Shown: in pieces, positions 1 to 9,339 of the stretch
Position numbering within the stretch: position 1 is the first letter of the stretch
How the letters are laid out: each line of letters begins with the position of its first letter
NCBI GenBank assembly: GCA_029935255.1
Contig: JAOZKS010000001.1
Coordinates: 1-36,261, forward strand
Source of the DNA: Pontiella sp.
GTDB lineage: Bacteria; Verrucomicrobiota; Kiritimatiellia; Kiritimatiellales; Pontiellaceae
DNA length: 36,261 nucleotides
Direction of reading: 5' to 3'
The notes under the pieces: generated by a model
Database searches by the model: none
What the model was told of the DNA's origin: nothing
Seen by the model: only the letters and a program-made list of their open reading frames with translations
Made by a program: the position numbers and the translations under genes

Positions 1-1452
1 ACGCGAATAGAGGTCTACAATCCAGCGTCCCTTTGTCCACCCGTCACCAGAACTCGTATCAGAGGGGTCGTGCGCTTTTATGGTGCATCCGGTTACGTCA
101 ATGGAATCAAGGCCGTTGAAGGTCATCATTTGATTCACATCACGGATTCCACGGAACTCACAATCAACCAGTCTTGAGTTTTCAGCACCTCCAATATATA
201 GGTCACTTTCAAGTATAAACGTGCACCCGTTTAATTCTACGCGCTCTGCCGAGTTCATAGAAAAGAAGTCATGAAGGGAATCGTCCGTTGTTTCTACATC
301 AGTTATCGTGATGTTTTTAAAAAGGATATCTTTGCAGGTATGATTGGAGTATATGGAAACAGCCTTGTCCACTCTGATATTATCGGTCAGCTGGAGGGTT
401 AAATCATGCAGTTCCCAGTTGGGACTCCAACTGGTAAACAAGATCTGTTCAGTCCTCGCACCATCAGTGGGGCGTATAAATGTCTTGGCCTGTCCTGCTC
501 CTACGTATTTTGTGTTGCTCATAGCACGAAACGCCCCGCTTAAATGGTACGTCCCGGCTGGGATAGTGATGGTTGTATATGAATTCGCGTTTACATAGGT
601 TTCACAGGAATCAAACGCCGCTTGGTCATCCAGACCGTCAGAACCATCAGCTCCAAAATCAGCCACCATATCCTTTGTTGCTCCGGACCACACTCTCGGT
701 TCATTTACAGTAAGAGTTAAGGAACCCGACCATCCGTATTTACGTCCCTTCCCATTGTGCGCCCAGATCGTATAGGTATCTGCCGGAATAGATGCCGTCA
801 TAACAAACGGTGCCTTGTAGGGATTCGCATTCGAACTGGTCAACCATCCACCAACGCCACTTGTTTCATTAGTGTAGAAGAGATGGCATTCACCCTCACT
901 CAATTTTAGGTTTCGACCGTAAACAAAGAACTTATCCCCCCGCTCTATCTGATCAAACCCAACCCACCACGCTTCCGTCTGGTTGATCGCCACTGGACGA
1001 CCAACTCCTTTATCGTTGCGAGGCCACATGAGGTACATTTCAGCAGGGGGAAGGGATTCGGGAAGGGTAATAGCGCATTGCTGTCCGTCCAGTCGCTGGA
1101 TGAAGCCATCGCCCTCCGACCACCCTTCTCCATAAAGCACAAAGCGGGTATCACGCCCTTCTTCTATCCCTGTGAAGGAGGAGAGTGCTTCACCGGTCAG
1201 CGCCATGGTGTCGCCGGGATTGTTGCTACGGGTCCATTCGGCGATTTGAGGGGCACCCAGGGGAACGGTCATATTTATATCAATGGGCGGATTGAATGCT
1301 GAGAAACTGGGCAGGTAGTTGGTGGTTGGCTCTGAGATGTTCTTAATATTCGGATATTCGCCCGCATAGGCGCAAAAGCTGGAGAGTACCAAAACAACCA
1401 TCAGTATGGGAAATAATTGATCTACTTGTAGATTTATTTTGCTGAAGTTCAT
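1..1452 (-). CDS. Secreted right-handed beta-helix protein (pectate lyase 3 / GH28-like), partial (runs off the window edge)
   Basis: Absent from the ORF track; translated by hand. ATG at 1452 follows GAGG and the frame stays open for 484 codons to position 1. Signal peptide MNFSKINLQVDQLFPILMVVLVLSSFCAYA; beta-helix cap motif DFGADGSDGLDDQAAFD...TITIPAGTYHL, then KYVGAG and repeated beta-strand/Cys turns. Confidence 0.85.
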   Translation of the reverse strand, partial: MNFSKINLQVDQLFPILMVVLVLSSFCAYAGEYPNIKNISEPTTNYLPSFSAFNPPIDINMTVPLGAPQIAEWTRSNNPGDTMALTGEALSSFTGIEEGRDTRFVLYGEGWSEGDGFIQRLDGQQCAITLPESLPPAEMYLMWPRNDKGVGRPVAINQTEAWWVGFDQIERGDKFFVYGRNLKLSEGECHLFYTNETSGVGGWLTSSNANPYKAPFVMTASIPADTYTIWAHNGKGRKYGWSGSLTLTVNEPRVWSGATKDMVADFGADGSDGLDDQAAFDSCETYVNANSYTTITIPAGTYHLSGAFRAMSNTKYVGAGQAKTFIRPTDGARTEQILFTSWSPNWELHDLTLQLTDNIRVDKAVSIYSNHTCKDILFKNITITDVETTDDSLHDFFSMNSAERVELNGCTFILESDLYIGGAENSRLVDCEFRGIRDVNQMMTFNGLDSIDVTGCTIKAHDPSDTSSGDGWTKGRWIVDLYSR

Positions 1453-1525
1453 TTGTTTTCCTCGCACGAATTTTCGATAAACGTTCCCTGTTTCATCGGG
1501 AAGGATCGAGCTAAGCTTATATCCT

Positions 1526-1541
1526 AGCATTCATTGCGCCA
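1526..1541 (-). promoter_or_regulatory. Putative sigma54 (-24/-12) promoter
   Basis: Minus strand reads TGGCGC-AATGA-ATGCT (GG-N10-GC), about 75 nt upstream of the ATG at 1452. Confidence 0.6.
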
Positions 1542-1709
1542 TATTATGCGATTCCCTATAAATGCAGGAGCAACCAAAACTTATTATCGAACCAACCGCT
1601 ATGCCCTGAAAAAGATAGCCTCTCAAAATCTCTACTCAACCTAGCCGAGAATATCTGCTCCAAATTCGCCCCCTTCTCAAGATATAATCCTTATATTTAA
1701 GAGGTTTTC

Positions 1710-2942
1710 TTAAAAAACCAACTCCTCTTCGTTAACCAACTCCATTACCTTGTCCCAAGTCATCCGCTGCTCATCGCATGGCCTACCCAGTCGTTCGCGG
1801 AGGCGAGCGGTCCATGCCGCTACGAAATTCGCCTCGCTATGGAACGCTACAAATCGGTGTGCCGACTCGCCCCATGTGTGACGCGGCGCATCATCTAGCG
1901 CAGAGGTTAACTCGTTAGAAAGCACGTCAATCGACTCGACATCACACACGCGTCCTAAACCAAACGTCGGAACGATATGGCCGAGCCAACCGTAGTTCGA
2001 TGCCAATACAAATCGTTCGGCAGCCGCAGCACGGATCGCGATGCTCGCAGAGCCGATATGGCGGCGATACGGCGTGCAGACTACGTCGGCGGCGGTGATT
2101 GCAAGATTGAACTCTTCATCTGTAAGGAACCGATCCAGCGCAATCATGCGATCACTCGCGACCAACTCTTTGCACTCACGATCGACGAGTGATCGCATGT
2201 CAGATGCGAGCCGTCCGGCCAACAGTAGCCGATCATCGCCGACACGCTTAGCCTGCTTGAACGCGCGAATGAGCAGGTCGATTCCTTTTCGACCATCAAG
2301 CGCCCCCGCAGACACAATGTACCGACCGGCCTCAGGCAACCCCAACCGCTGACGCGCCTCTGAGCGGGTCATGGCCTGCATCGCCGGAACAGGATCGGGC
2401 AGAAGTGACAGATGATCCGTAGCCACGCCACCGCGAGCCTTCATGGCGTTGTACACCAATGGATCTAGAAGATGCAGCCGATCCCATGGCCCATGCATAG
2501 AAAGTCGCATCGAAAGCGCCGCCTGCGCCGAAGCTCTCAGCCCCGGTTGCGGGTACGCGAAAGCCCCCCGCATGACCAACCCCTCCGCTTCGATCCCGCG
2601 CGGGATCGTCGGTAGACCCAGCGACCTACGGAGTCCTATGACCTGGGCATACCCATCTGCATGTGGTACGTAAATATAATTTGCGCGCGCCCGGGAAATT
2701 GCCTCACGAACTTCCGCAGGTTTGTACCACATGGGGCGATGAGCATGCGATGGCAACCACGGATCAATCAGAAGTCGATCCTCAAATTGCGCCAATTGTG
2801 ATCGGTACTCGTCCGTATCGACAGAGTCCTTAGGAATTGCAAGCGTAACTTGATCTCCCAACTCGCATAAAGCTGGAAGCAACATTCGCAGATATGGGAA
2901 ACGATGTCCAGCATGGCTATGCTCTATTACTAATAGGCGCAT
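1710..2942 (-). CDS. Glycosyltransferase, GT-B fold (GT4-like)
   Basis: N-terminal GH motif, GALDGRKGIDLLIRAF, LLLAG, AADVVCTPY...SAS donor-binding region; lies in a polysaccharide locus. Confidence 0.9.
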   Translation of the reverse strand: MRLLVIEHSHAGHRFPYLRMLLPALCELGDQVTLAIPKDSVDTDEYRSQLAQFEDRLLIDPWLPSHAHRPMWYKPAEVREAISRARANYIYVPHADGYAQVIGLRRSLGLPTIPRGIEAEGLVMRGAFAYPQPGLRASAQAALSMRLSMHGPWDRLHLLDPLVYNAMKARGGVATDHLSLLPDPVPAMQAMTRSEARQRLGLPEAGRYIVSAGALDGRKGIDLLIRAFKQAKRVGDDRLLLAGRLASDMRSLVDRECKELVASDRMIALDRFLTDEEFNLAITAADVVCTPYRRHIGSASIAIRAAAAERFVLASNYGWLGHIVPTFGLGRVCDVESIDVLSNELTSALDDAPRHTWGESAHRFVAFHSEANFVAAWTARLRERLGRPCDEQRMTWDKVMELVNEEELVF

Positions 2943-3077
2943 TTTTTGACCTTTTTCTATTGCGATTTTCTTTCCATAAGTTCTGCGGATCGCTTCCCCA
3001 ACCCTGCCCGACGATCACAAGGAGAGAATCCGTGCGCCCCAAGTATCCCCAAGGGCATGAACGTCTTCCTCTCTCTT

Positions 3078-3102
3078 GCGCTACCGCCCTCGGTCGATCA
3101 GC
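3078..3102 (-). promoter_or_regulatory. JUMPstart/ops-like element
   Basis: Minus strand GCTGATCGACCGAGGGCGGTAGCGC contains the ops core GGCGGTAG; intergenic between wzc and the glycosyltransferase, in the direction of transcription. Confidence 0.5.
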
Positions 3103-3175
3103 GTGTCATGCTGAAACCTTCCGAGTCCTCTGAAAATCAATGTTTAAACATCACAGGGATCTTCCTCCCCATACA

Positions 3176-5380
3176 TCAATCTTCGTCGCGACCATACGAC
3201 TTATAGCTACCGCCATATCCATAGGCATACCCATACCCTTCGGCTCCACCAAACAGGCCGGAAAGCGAGTGCGGAACATCGTTGGCAATGCAGCCGAGAA
3301 CGTGGGCATCGATTTCACGGAAGCGGGCGAGGGCGAACTGGAGTCCCCTGCGGCGAGTTCGCCCAATCCTTGAAATCATAACGACCGAATCGGCGTGGTT
3401 GGCCAGAACCTGGGCATCGCCAACGGGGCCGAGCGGCGGGGAGTCGATGATCACACGGTCGTACTCTCCACGTGCCCAGTCAAGCAACTCTGCCAGCTGA
3501 CCACGCCCCAGAAGTTCCGCTGGATTGATCTCCTGAAGGTGGCGGCTGGTGATTACATCCAGGTTTTCGATAATGCCCGCAGACACCAACTGGTCGTGCC
3601 GCAACTCATGCTTGCCGTTCGATAGCCATTCCAGCAAGGACGGATGTTCTTCGTCAACTTTGAAAATATTGACCAGTTGCGGGCGCCGGAGATCGCCATC
3701 AATCAAAAGCGTTCGCGAGCCATTCAATGCAGAACTGATGGCAAGATTACACGCAGAGATCGTCTTTCCCTCCCCCGGCATGATGCTGCAGATCAACATG
3801 ACTTGCGTTCGGTCAATATATTTATCGGAAGAGACCAAGGCATTAATCCCAGCAAAGATTTCGACCATATGGCTAAATTTATCCCGCAATCCAATCGTGG
3901 CCAACTCAACGCGCGAGTCCACTTTTTTTTGCGAAGGAATGGTTCCCAGCACATTAAGGCCGAGTGCCTTGAGATCACTCACCACCTCGATTTTATCCGT
4001 AAAAAATGCTAGTGCAATAGCCAGGCCGGCTCCCACCAACACACCCAAAAAACAACTCATAGCAACAACGCGCATCTTACGGGGCCGCACAGGAATCCTC
4101 GGCACCGAGGCATTCCGGATCACCTTGGTGTAAGCCATATTTTCATCGGCGGAAAGCCGAGCCTCCTCCATGCGCCGCAGCATGGATTGGTAGGCGTTAT
4201 CGGCGGCATCCCGCTTTCGCTCCAGCCGCTGAAGACGTTGTGTTCCCGACACCAAAGACTGCTCCAGTTCTATCGATTCGCTCCTCATTAACCCGATGCG
4301 CAGATCGATCTGCTTTACCTGCTTTCCCAATAAAGCGATTTCGTTTAAAATGGCCTTCGTAGATAGCTCGATAAACTGTCCCAACCGCTTCCGGACCCGG
4401 GTCTCTTTTTCCTGTGCGGTCCGATAATCGGGATGGATTTCCGTATAGCGATCCGCCATTAGCAACAGCTCGTTATTCGCCGTTTTCCAATCCTGAATCA
4501 ACTCATTCAACTGCTCTTCCTTCGGCAATCCCGTCGGTAGTATTTCCAGATTCGGATCGGTGTCTTTTAGGCCGGAAACAAATTCACATACTGTTTTTCG
4601 GGAGGCCAGCCTGCTGATCGCCTCTTCCTTTTCCTGAGAAACGGAGGCCAAAGAAAGGTCCAGAGTGGTTTTCCGTTGTTCCAGCGAGCCGAGTTGAAGT
4701 TCCTTGCGGATGGAAGCTAGTTGCTTTTCCACCTCTTCTAACGACTCCCGTTGCTCCTCGACCTGCGAAATCAACCACTTGACCGCCTCATCGGAGAGTG
4801 CCTGGTTTTCCTGCATCATCAGTACACCCGCACAGTGGGTTAACACGTTCACGAGCTCTGCAGCAAATTCAGGGTCGGAACTTTCATAGGATACATAAAC
4901 AATATTCGCACTTGGGTCTTTATACCACGAAACGTCCCTGATCCATGTGGACAGCGTGTATCGCCCTATTCCCGCCCCGCCCCGAACCGTTGCGCGATCA
5001 GGATATCGTTCCAAATATTCCTGGGCCGCCAACTTTTCCATGGCAGGCGATCTGAATTCGGCAAAGCGCGTGTTAAAGATCACATCGGAGTCGCGATTCG
5101 CACTGCTATCCTCAAAAACCGCTTCATTGTTGATCACCCTCGGACGGCGAACACTCATTTTTATTTCGGCTTTTGCCAAGAAAATCGGAACCGTCTGCTG
5201 AACATAGAGCGTGCCTATTAATCCACCGGCAATGGCGAGCAACACAACAATCACCCAGCGGCGGAGTACTATGCGCAACAGATTCATGGGATCCAGTCCG
5301 CTGGTCGCCGGAGCAATCGGCCCTCCTGCTCCGGGCCGGGGGTTTACCCCCCCTCCTTGATATACATTTTGTGTATTCAT
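3176..5380 (-). CDS. wzc: Polysaccharide co-polymerase / BY-kinase (Wzc, GumC/CpsD fusion)
   Basis: Two TM helices flanking a periplasmic coiled coil; Walker A MPGEGKT, Walker A' LLIDGDLRRP, Walker B VIIDSPP; C-terminal Tyr cluster YGYAYGYGGSYKSY. Start moved to MNTQ (5380). Confidence 0.93.
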   Translation of the reverse strand: MNTQNVYQGGGVNPRPGAGGPIAPATSGLDPMNLLRIVLRRWVIVVLLAIAGGLIGTLYVQQTVPIFLAKAEIKMSVRRPRVINNEAVFEDSSANRDSDVIFNTRFAEFRSPAMEKLAAQEYLERYPDRATVRGGAGIGRYTLSTWIRDVSWYKDPSANIVYVSYESSDPEFAAELVNVLTHCAGVLMMQENQALSDEAVKWLISQVEEQRESLEEVEKQLASIRKELQLGSLEQRKTTLDLSLASVSQEKEEAISRLASRKTVCEFVSGLKDTDPNLEILPTGLPKEEQLNELIQDWKTANNELLLMADRYTEIHPDYRTAQEKETRVRKRLGQFIELSTKAILNEIALLGKQVKQIDLRIGLMRSESIELEQSLVSGTQRLQRLERKRDAADNAYQSMLRRMEEARLSADENMAYTKVIRNASVPRIPVRPRKMRVVAMSCFLGVLVGAGLAIALAFFTDKIEVVSDLKALGLNVLGTIPSQKKVDSRVELATIGLRDKFSHMVEIFAGINALVSSDKYIDRTQVMLICSIMPGEGKTISACNLAISSALNGSRTLLIDGDLRRPQLVNIFKVDEEHPSLLEWLSNGKHELRHDQLVSAGIIENLDVITSRHLQEINPAELLGRGQLAELLDWARGEYDRVIIDSPPLGPVGDAQVLANHADSVVMISRIGRTRRRGLQFALARFREIDAHVLGCIANDVPHSLSGLFGGAEGYGYAYGYGGSYKSYGRDED

Positions 5381-5589
5381 CTTAGTCTCATCGGTGTACC
5401 GCTTTATTCCGTCCCCACCCACGTCCTCCCAAAGGTTCCGCTCGGCACCTGAGCATTCTTTAGCACAACCATACACTTTCGCGCAGTATGCCTTCCATCC
5501 CCAGAAAAAGAACAACCCTATTTAAGTATTTCTGAAAGGCCCAGCGTGGCATTCCAAACCCATCCGTGAAACCCATCCTGCGCCAGATC

Positions 5590-5621
5590 AAAAAAGAAAG
5601 GCCTCGGTAAAGAGGCCTTTC
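5590..5621 (-). terminator. Intrinsic terminator
   Basis: GAAAGGCCTC/GAGGCCTTTC 10-bp stem, 6-nt loop, T-tract on the minus strand, about 25 nt after the stop at 5646. Confidence 0.85.
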
Positions 5622-5645
5622 CTTGCAAATACCGCAAAAGTCCGT

Positions 5646-6806
5646 TTATTTCATGATCAGCGAAAGAAAAGTATCGAAGCCACCGACGAGCTTCTTCTTG
5701 AAGGATACCCTAAATGAATTCCTCCGCACCACCCGTCGCTCATGAGATACGACCATGTGGTTCCAAAACATTTTATCCAAGTCCTTGTAACGGGCATGTA
5801 CCTGGCTCCAAGCAACCAAGAAAGATGCCTTGAACACCCTCGCTAATTCAGTCAGGTAATCGCCGTCCGCTTCTCCATAGACCACACGTTCCTCAAAGGC
5901 ATCGCACACGTGCTCCCGCCCGATGGGGAACAAGGTTTTGCCAGCCTGCTTACGACGGCGAATCCTGCGCGTAGCAAACAAACTGATGGTACTCAGACTC
6001 ATCAAACTGATGGTTCCCGGCTCAGGAATCGCGACAATGCGAATGCCGGTAAGACCGTAGGCATTACCACGGAGATCATATGTCCGATCAGTTGCCTGTA
6101 GCCGCACAATGTATTGCTCTGCGTCCCCCCCGTGAAACGCCATTTTCTGGTTACTATCGCCAGGGTTATAGGCTTCGCCTCCATAGGTGCTTTCCAGCCA
6201 TTCCCAGACGTTTCCGCCCATATCGTAGGTGCCATTCTGCTCCATGGATCCAGTTCCCACCGTCCATGGTGATGTATTACCCCATGTGGGGTCGCCTTCG
6301 CCTTGGCCATAGTTCGCATCCCCATTCTGTACAGGTGCAAGGGCCGATCCATTAGCGTAGAGGGAATATCCCGAACCCGTAAAGTAGGCCGCCTTGTACC
6401 ACTCGTTCTCGGTGGGCAACAGATAGACTTGACCATTCCCATTGCGGAAGGAACGGTCAATCGCCGTCACCGTTCCGCCAGAAATTGTGTAGGCACCTAC
6501 GTTGATATCGGCACTCGTCAACCAGTTGGCGTATTGTGCCGCCGTGTGCCAAGTCATGTTGACAACAGGCTGATCGCCGCTCCCGCTTCCAAGACCGCTG
6601 GCTGCAAACTGGTCAATCGTCACTTCGGTTGTGCCAATACGATAGTTGTATCCCACAAACCCGTAGCTCGTTGCGGCATCGGCGGCATAGCCCGCATTTC
6701 CAATATTCACGAAGTCGATATCAACCCCGTTAATGACTTCCGCCAGCACCGATCCCGTACCCAGCACCAATACTGCCATAACTACCGTTCTTAGTTGTCG
6801 TTTCAT
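5646..6806 (-). CDS. FGE-sulfatase (SUMF1-like) domain protein with internal PEP-CTERM signal and C-terminal extension
   Basis: Signal peptide; YRIGTTEVT, PVVNMTW, LPTENEWYKAA and GTYDMGGNVWEW motifs; IPEP-hydrophobic helix-RRIRRRK followed by 100 further residues. Confidence 0.85.
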   Translation of the reverse strand: MKRQLRTVVMAVLVLGTGSVLAEVINGVDIDFVNIGNAGYAADAATSYGFVGYNYRIGTTEVTIDQFAASGLGSGSGDQPVVNMTWHTAAQYANWLTSADINVGAYTISGGTVTAIDRSFRNGNGQVYLLPTENEWYKAAYFTGSGYSLYANGSALAPVQNGDANYGQGEGDPTWGNTSPWTVGTGSMEQNGTYDMGGNVWEWLESTYGGEAYNPGDSNQKMAFHGGDAEQYIVRLQATDRTYDLRGNAYGLTGIRIVAIPEPGTISLMSLSTISLFATRRIRRRKQAGKTLFPIGREHVCDAFEERVVYGEADGDYLTELARVFKASFLVAWSQVHARYKDLDKMFWNHMVVSHERRVVRRNSFRVSFKKKLVGGFDTFLSLIMK

Positions 6807-6925
6807 TGCTTCACCTCAAATACTTATACTTATATGCGCCCACACACTCAATTTGGTGAATGTAAAGAATCAAGGCCCCAAATACCACACAAATCTGTAT
6901 TATCTTTTAACCGCACCCTCGAGTG

Positions 6926-8095
6926 CTAATAGGCATATCCCAAACTTAGTCCCAGCACGGTCTGGTTTGCGTCAAACTCATCATCGATGTAGCGACCGCT
7001 AAAGGAAATCTGCAGCTTCTTTGTCACATCATAACCGCAATTCGCCGTGAAAAAATGTCGCACTTCCCCCGTACCGGGGCTGGCAGGACCACTCCCCAAA
7101 GACTCTTGATAGTCGTGCAGCACCGATCCTCCGACCATCCAGCGTGTTGCCGGTTTCCACCCCAATCCATACCCCACCCGGTAAGCCATCCGCGCCGCGC
7201 CACCTTCGTAGCCCGGCTGGAAATCGTTCCCTCCAAAAATATAGGCCGATACCTTCTCCGTGGCCTGCCACACGACGCGGAGGTTGGAAACAACACCTTG
7301 GTCGGCTCCTGAAACTTCATAATCCGCAGCGGACATCCCCACCAATGCCTGCCAGACTACCTTGTCGCTCATGCTACTTTCGGCTCCGACTTCCACCGTG
7401 CCGATGCGGCCATCCTCATCGTCGTTGACCTGCAAGCTATAGCTTCCCCCCAGAGTAAGTTTTGTTTTCGCGGAATATCCATGCCCGAGTTGAAGGCTTG
7501 CCGTGTGTATTTGCCATTCGGCCGAGCCCGAGTCCTGAAACTCTTGAAAATAATGCTGAACATCATAGCCGGGCATGATTGAAGTTTTCTCCGACCATTG
7601 CTTCTCGTAGGCTATATTACCTCTGGCAATCGACCGCCTGCTGGGCTCGTCGGTCAATATCGAATCGGGGCCGCTCCCGGTGGAGGGATCGTAGGCCGTG
7701 TTATAGTTCAACGACTTCACCACATCGGCGGATAAGCCCCATTTGAACGGATTTTCATCGGTTGAAACCGCAGCTCCCGCATCATAGAAATCGTCGCTTA
7801 AGCCTCCAAGATCGGAATAGAACCGATACCCATAGCGGGCTTTGGCGGATAGATCATACCGTGCGGGAAGGTTGTTCAGGAAGATCCCGGCGGCCACTTC
7901 AGTGTAGAAATCACCCGTGGCTCCAGACATCTCATCAAACAGTACGCGATTGTCGTAGGCCTCCAGCACACTGGCTTCGGGTTTGATGGACATCGAGCCC
8001 CACTGAAATCCCTCTACATCGGCGATCTCCTGCGCGAAAAGTCCGCCAGGAATCAATAGAAGCAGTAAGAGCCCAACTGATCGGAGGGATTCCAT
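6926..8095 (-). CDS. Outer-membrane beta-barrel protein associated with polysaccharide export
   Basis: Signal peptide, alternating amphipathic strands rich in Y/G/W, C-terminal LSLGYAY beta-signal; abuts the OPX gene. Confidence 0.85.
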   Translation of the reverse strand: MESLRSVGLLLLLLIPGGLFAQEIADVEGFQWGSMSIKPEASVLEAYDNRVLFDEMSGATGDFYTEVAAGIFLNNLPARYDLSAKARYGYRFYSDLGGLSDDFYDAGAAVSTDENPFKWGLSADVVKSLNYNTAYDPSTGSGPDSILTDEPSRRSIARGNIAYEKQWSEKTSIMPGYDVQHYFQEFQDSGSAEWQIHTASLQLGHGYSAKTKLTLGGSYSLQVNDDEDGRIGTVEVGAESSMSDKVVWQALVGMSAADYEVSGADQGVVSNLRVVWQATEKVSAYIFGGNDFQPGYEGGAARMAYRVGYGLGWKPATRWMVGGSVLHDYQESLGSGPASPGTGEVRHFFTANCGYDVTKKLQISFSGRYIDDEFDANQTVLGLSLGYAY

Positions 8096-8752
8096 CTAGA
8101 AGATCCGTTCCGGAACATAGACAATATCGCCAGCAATCAGCTTGATATCCGCCTCCACATTCCCGCCCTGCCCAATCTCGTCGTAATCGATGGAGACCTT
8201 GAGTTTTTTTCCGTCCTCATCCGTTCGCGAAACACGGATTTTACTTTTATTCGCGCTGGAAGCGAACCCGCCAGCCTCCTGTATCGCCTCGGTAAGGTTC
8301 ATGCCATTCTGACTACGGAGCGGAACGCGGCCAGGTCGCCCCACGCGCCCCATCACCGTCACAGATCCCCACTCGCCATCCCCGGGGTCAACCTGCAAGG
8401 ATAACATGATAACGGGCGGATTCACATAATACGCCCCGTATGTCTTGGAAATTATGCCCCGTGCTTTATTTAGTGTGTGTCCTCTTATTTCCACATCACC
8501 CACCAAGGGCAAGGTAACCACACCCTGTTGATTGATCTGTGCACGGTGGGATAAAACCTCCATGTGGCCATCCACCTCAACTGAAAGCTCGACGGTGTCC
8601 CCTGTTGCAAGCTCGCTAAATGACGAGGCCTGATCCGGTCTGTTTTTCGCAAAATCCTGTGTCAAAGAGGATGTTTCCCCTGAGGATACGCACCCCGTCT
8701 GCACCATTAACGAAATCACGAATATGGGAATCAGTCTAACAATTTTTTTCAT
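8096..8752 (-). CDS. Short OPX (Wza-like) polysaccharide export lipoprotein
   Basis: Lipobox VQTGC; Poly_export motif GDTV...GVVTLPLVG...YYVNP; one SLBB domain VTVMGRVGRPG...LTEAIQEAGG...GDIVYVPE. Start at MKKIV after AGGA. Confidence 0.92.
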   Translation of the reverse strand: MKKIVRLIPIFVISLMVQTGCVSSGETSSLTQDFAKNRPDQASSFSELATGDTVELSVEVDGHMEVLSHRAQINQQGVVTLPLVGDVEIRGHTLNKARGIISKTYGAYYVNPPVIMLSLQVDPGDGEWGSVTVMGRVGRPGRVPLRSQNGMNLTEAIQEAGGFASSANKSKIRVSRTDEDGKKLKVSIDYDEIGQGGNVEADIKLIAGDIVYVPERIF

Positions 8753-8768
8753 TGAACGTCCTTGAGTC

Positions 8769-8802
8769 AAAAAGAAAACAGCCTGAGTTAAATCAGGCCG
8801 TT
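8769..8802 (-). terminator. Intrinsic terminator-like hairpin just upstream of the OPX gene
   Basis: Minus strand AACGGCCTGA-TTTAAC-TCAGGCTGTT followed by TTCTTTTT. Confidence 0.75.
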
Positions 8803-8865
8803 CTTTAGACTATTACGCCCGCACAAGGCAAGTCATCTTTATTGAATGGATTGGATACCGCCCTG

Positions 8866-9312
8866 CTATCCACCGGGCGTTCCGAACCCGCCGCTAGGAT
8901 CGCCCGGAACCGAATCAGTAGCACCGTCTTCCGGCGTAGCGTCAACCGTTCCTCCGCTGTCACCTCCTCCGCCGCCACCGGCCGCAGCAACAGCGACGCC
9001 ACCAATAATCACGACTTCGCCGATAAGAATCCGTCCGGTGCGCCCCGCATCTTCGCCCCATGCCATAGGGTTGACCCACGAGAGACTTCCGCCCGTTGCA
9101 ATGGGTGATTTCCAGCGCGAGGGGGAAACCAGCGCGACAAAGTCTCCTACCGAAGAAAACTCCACGCCGACTTCCGCATATTGTCCGTATTCCGTCGAAT
9201 GGCCCGATGCCACGAGTTTCGGACCGCGCGGCCCGCTGGCACCTCCGGTCGAAGCGCATCCGCTCATCATGGCCACAGCCAGAACACAGGTGGTAATCTT
9301 AATCATATTCAT
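8866..9312 (-). CDS. Small Gly-rich lipoprotein, unknown function
   Basis: GAGG RBS; lipobox-like AMMSGC; hydrophobic ILIGEVVIIGGVAVAAA followed by a Gly/Asp/Pro tail. Confidence 0.7.
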   Translation of the reverse strand: MNMIKITTCVLAVAMMSGCASTGGASGPRGPKLVASGHSTEYGQYAEVGVEFSSVGDFVALVSPSRWKSPIATGGSLSWVNPMAWGEDAGRTGRILIGEVVIIGGVAVAAAGGGGGGDSGGTVDATPEDGATDSVPGDPSGGFGTPGG

Positions 9313-9339
9313 CGGTGATCCCTCTATTTGCATCCCTTC

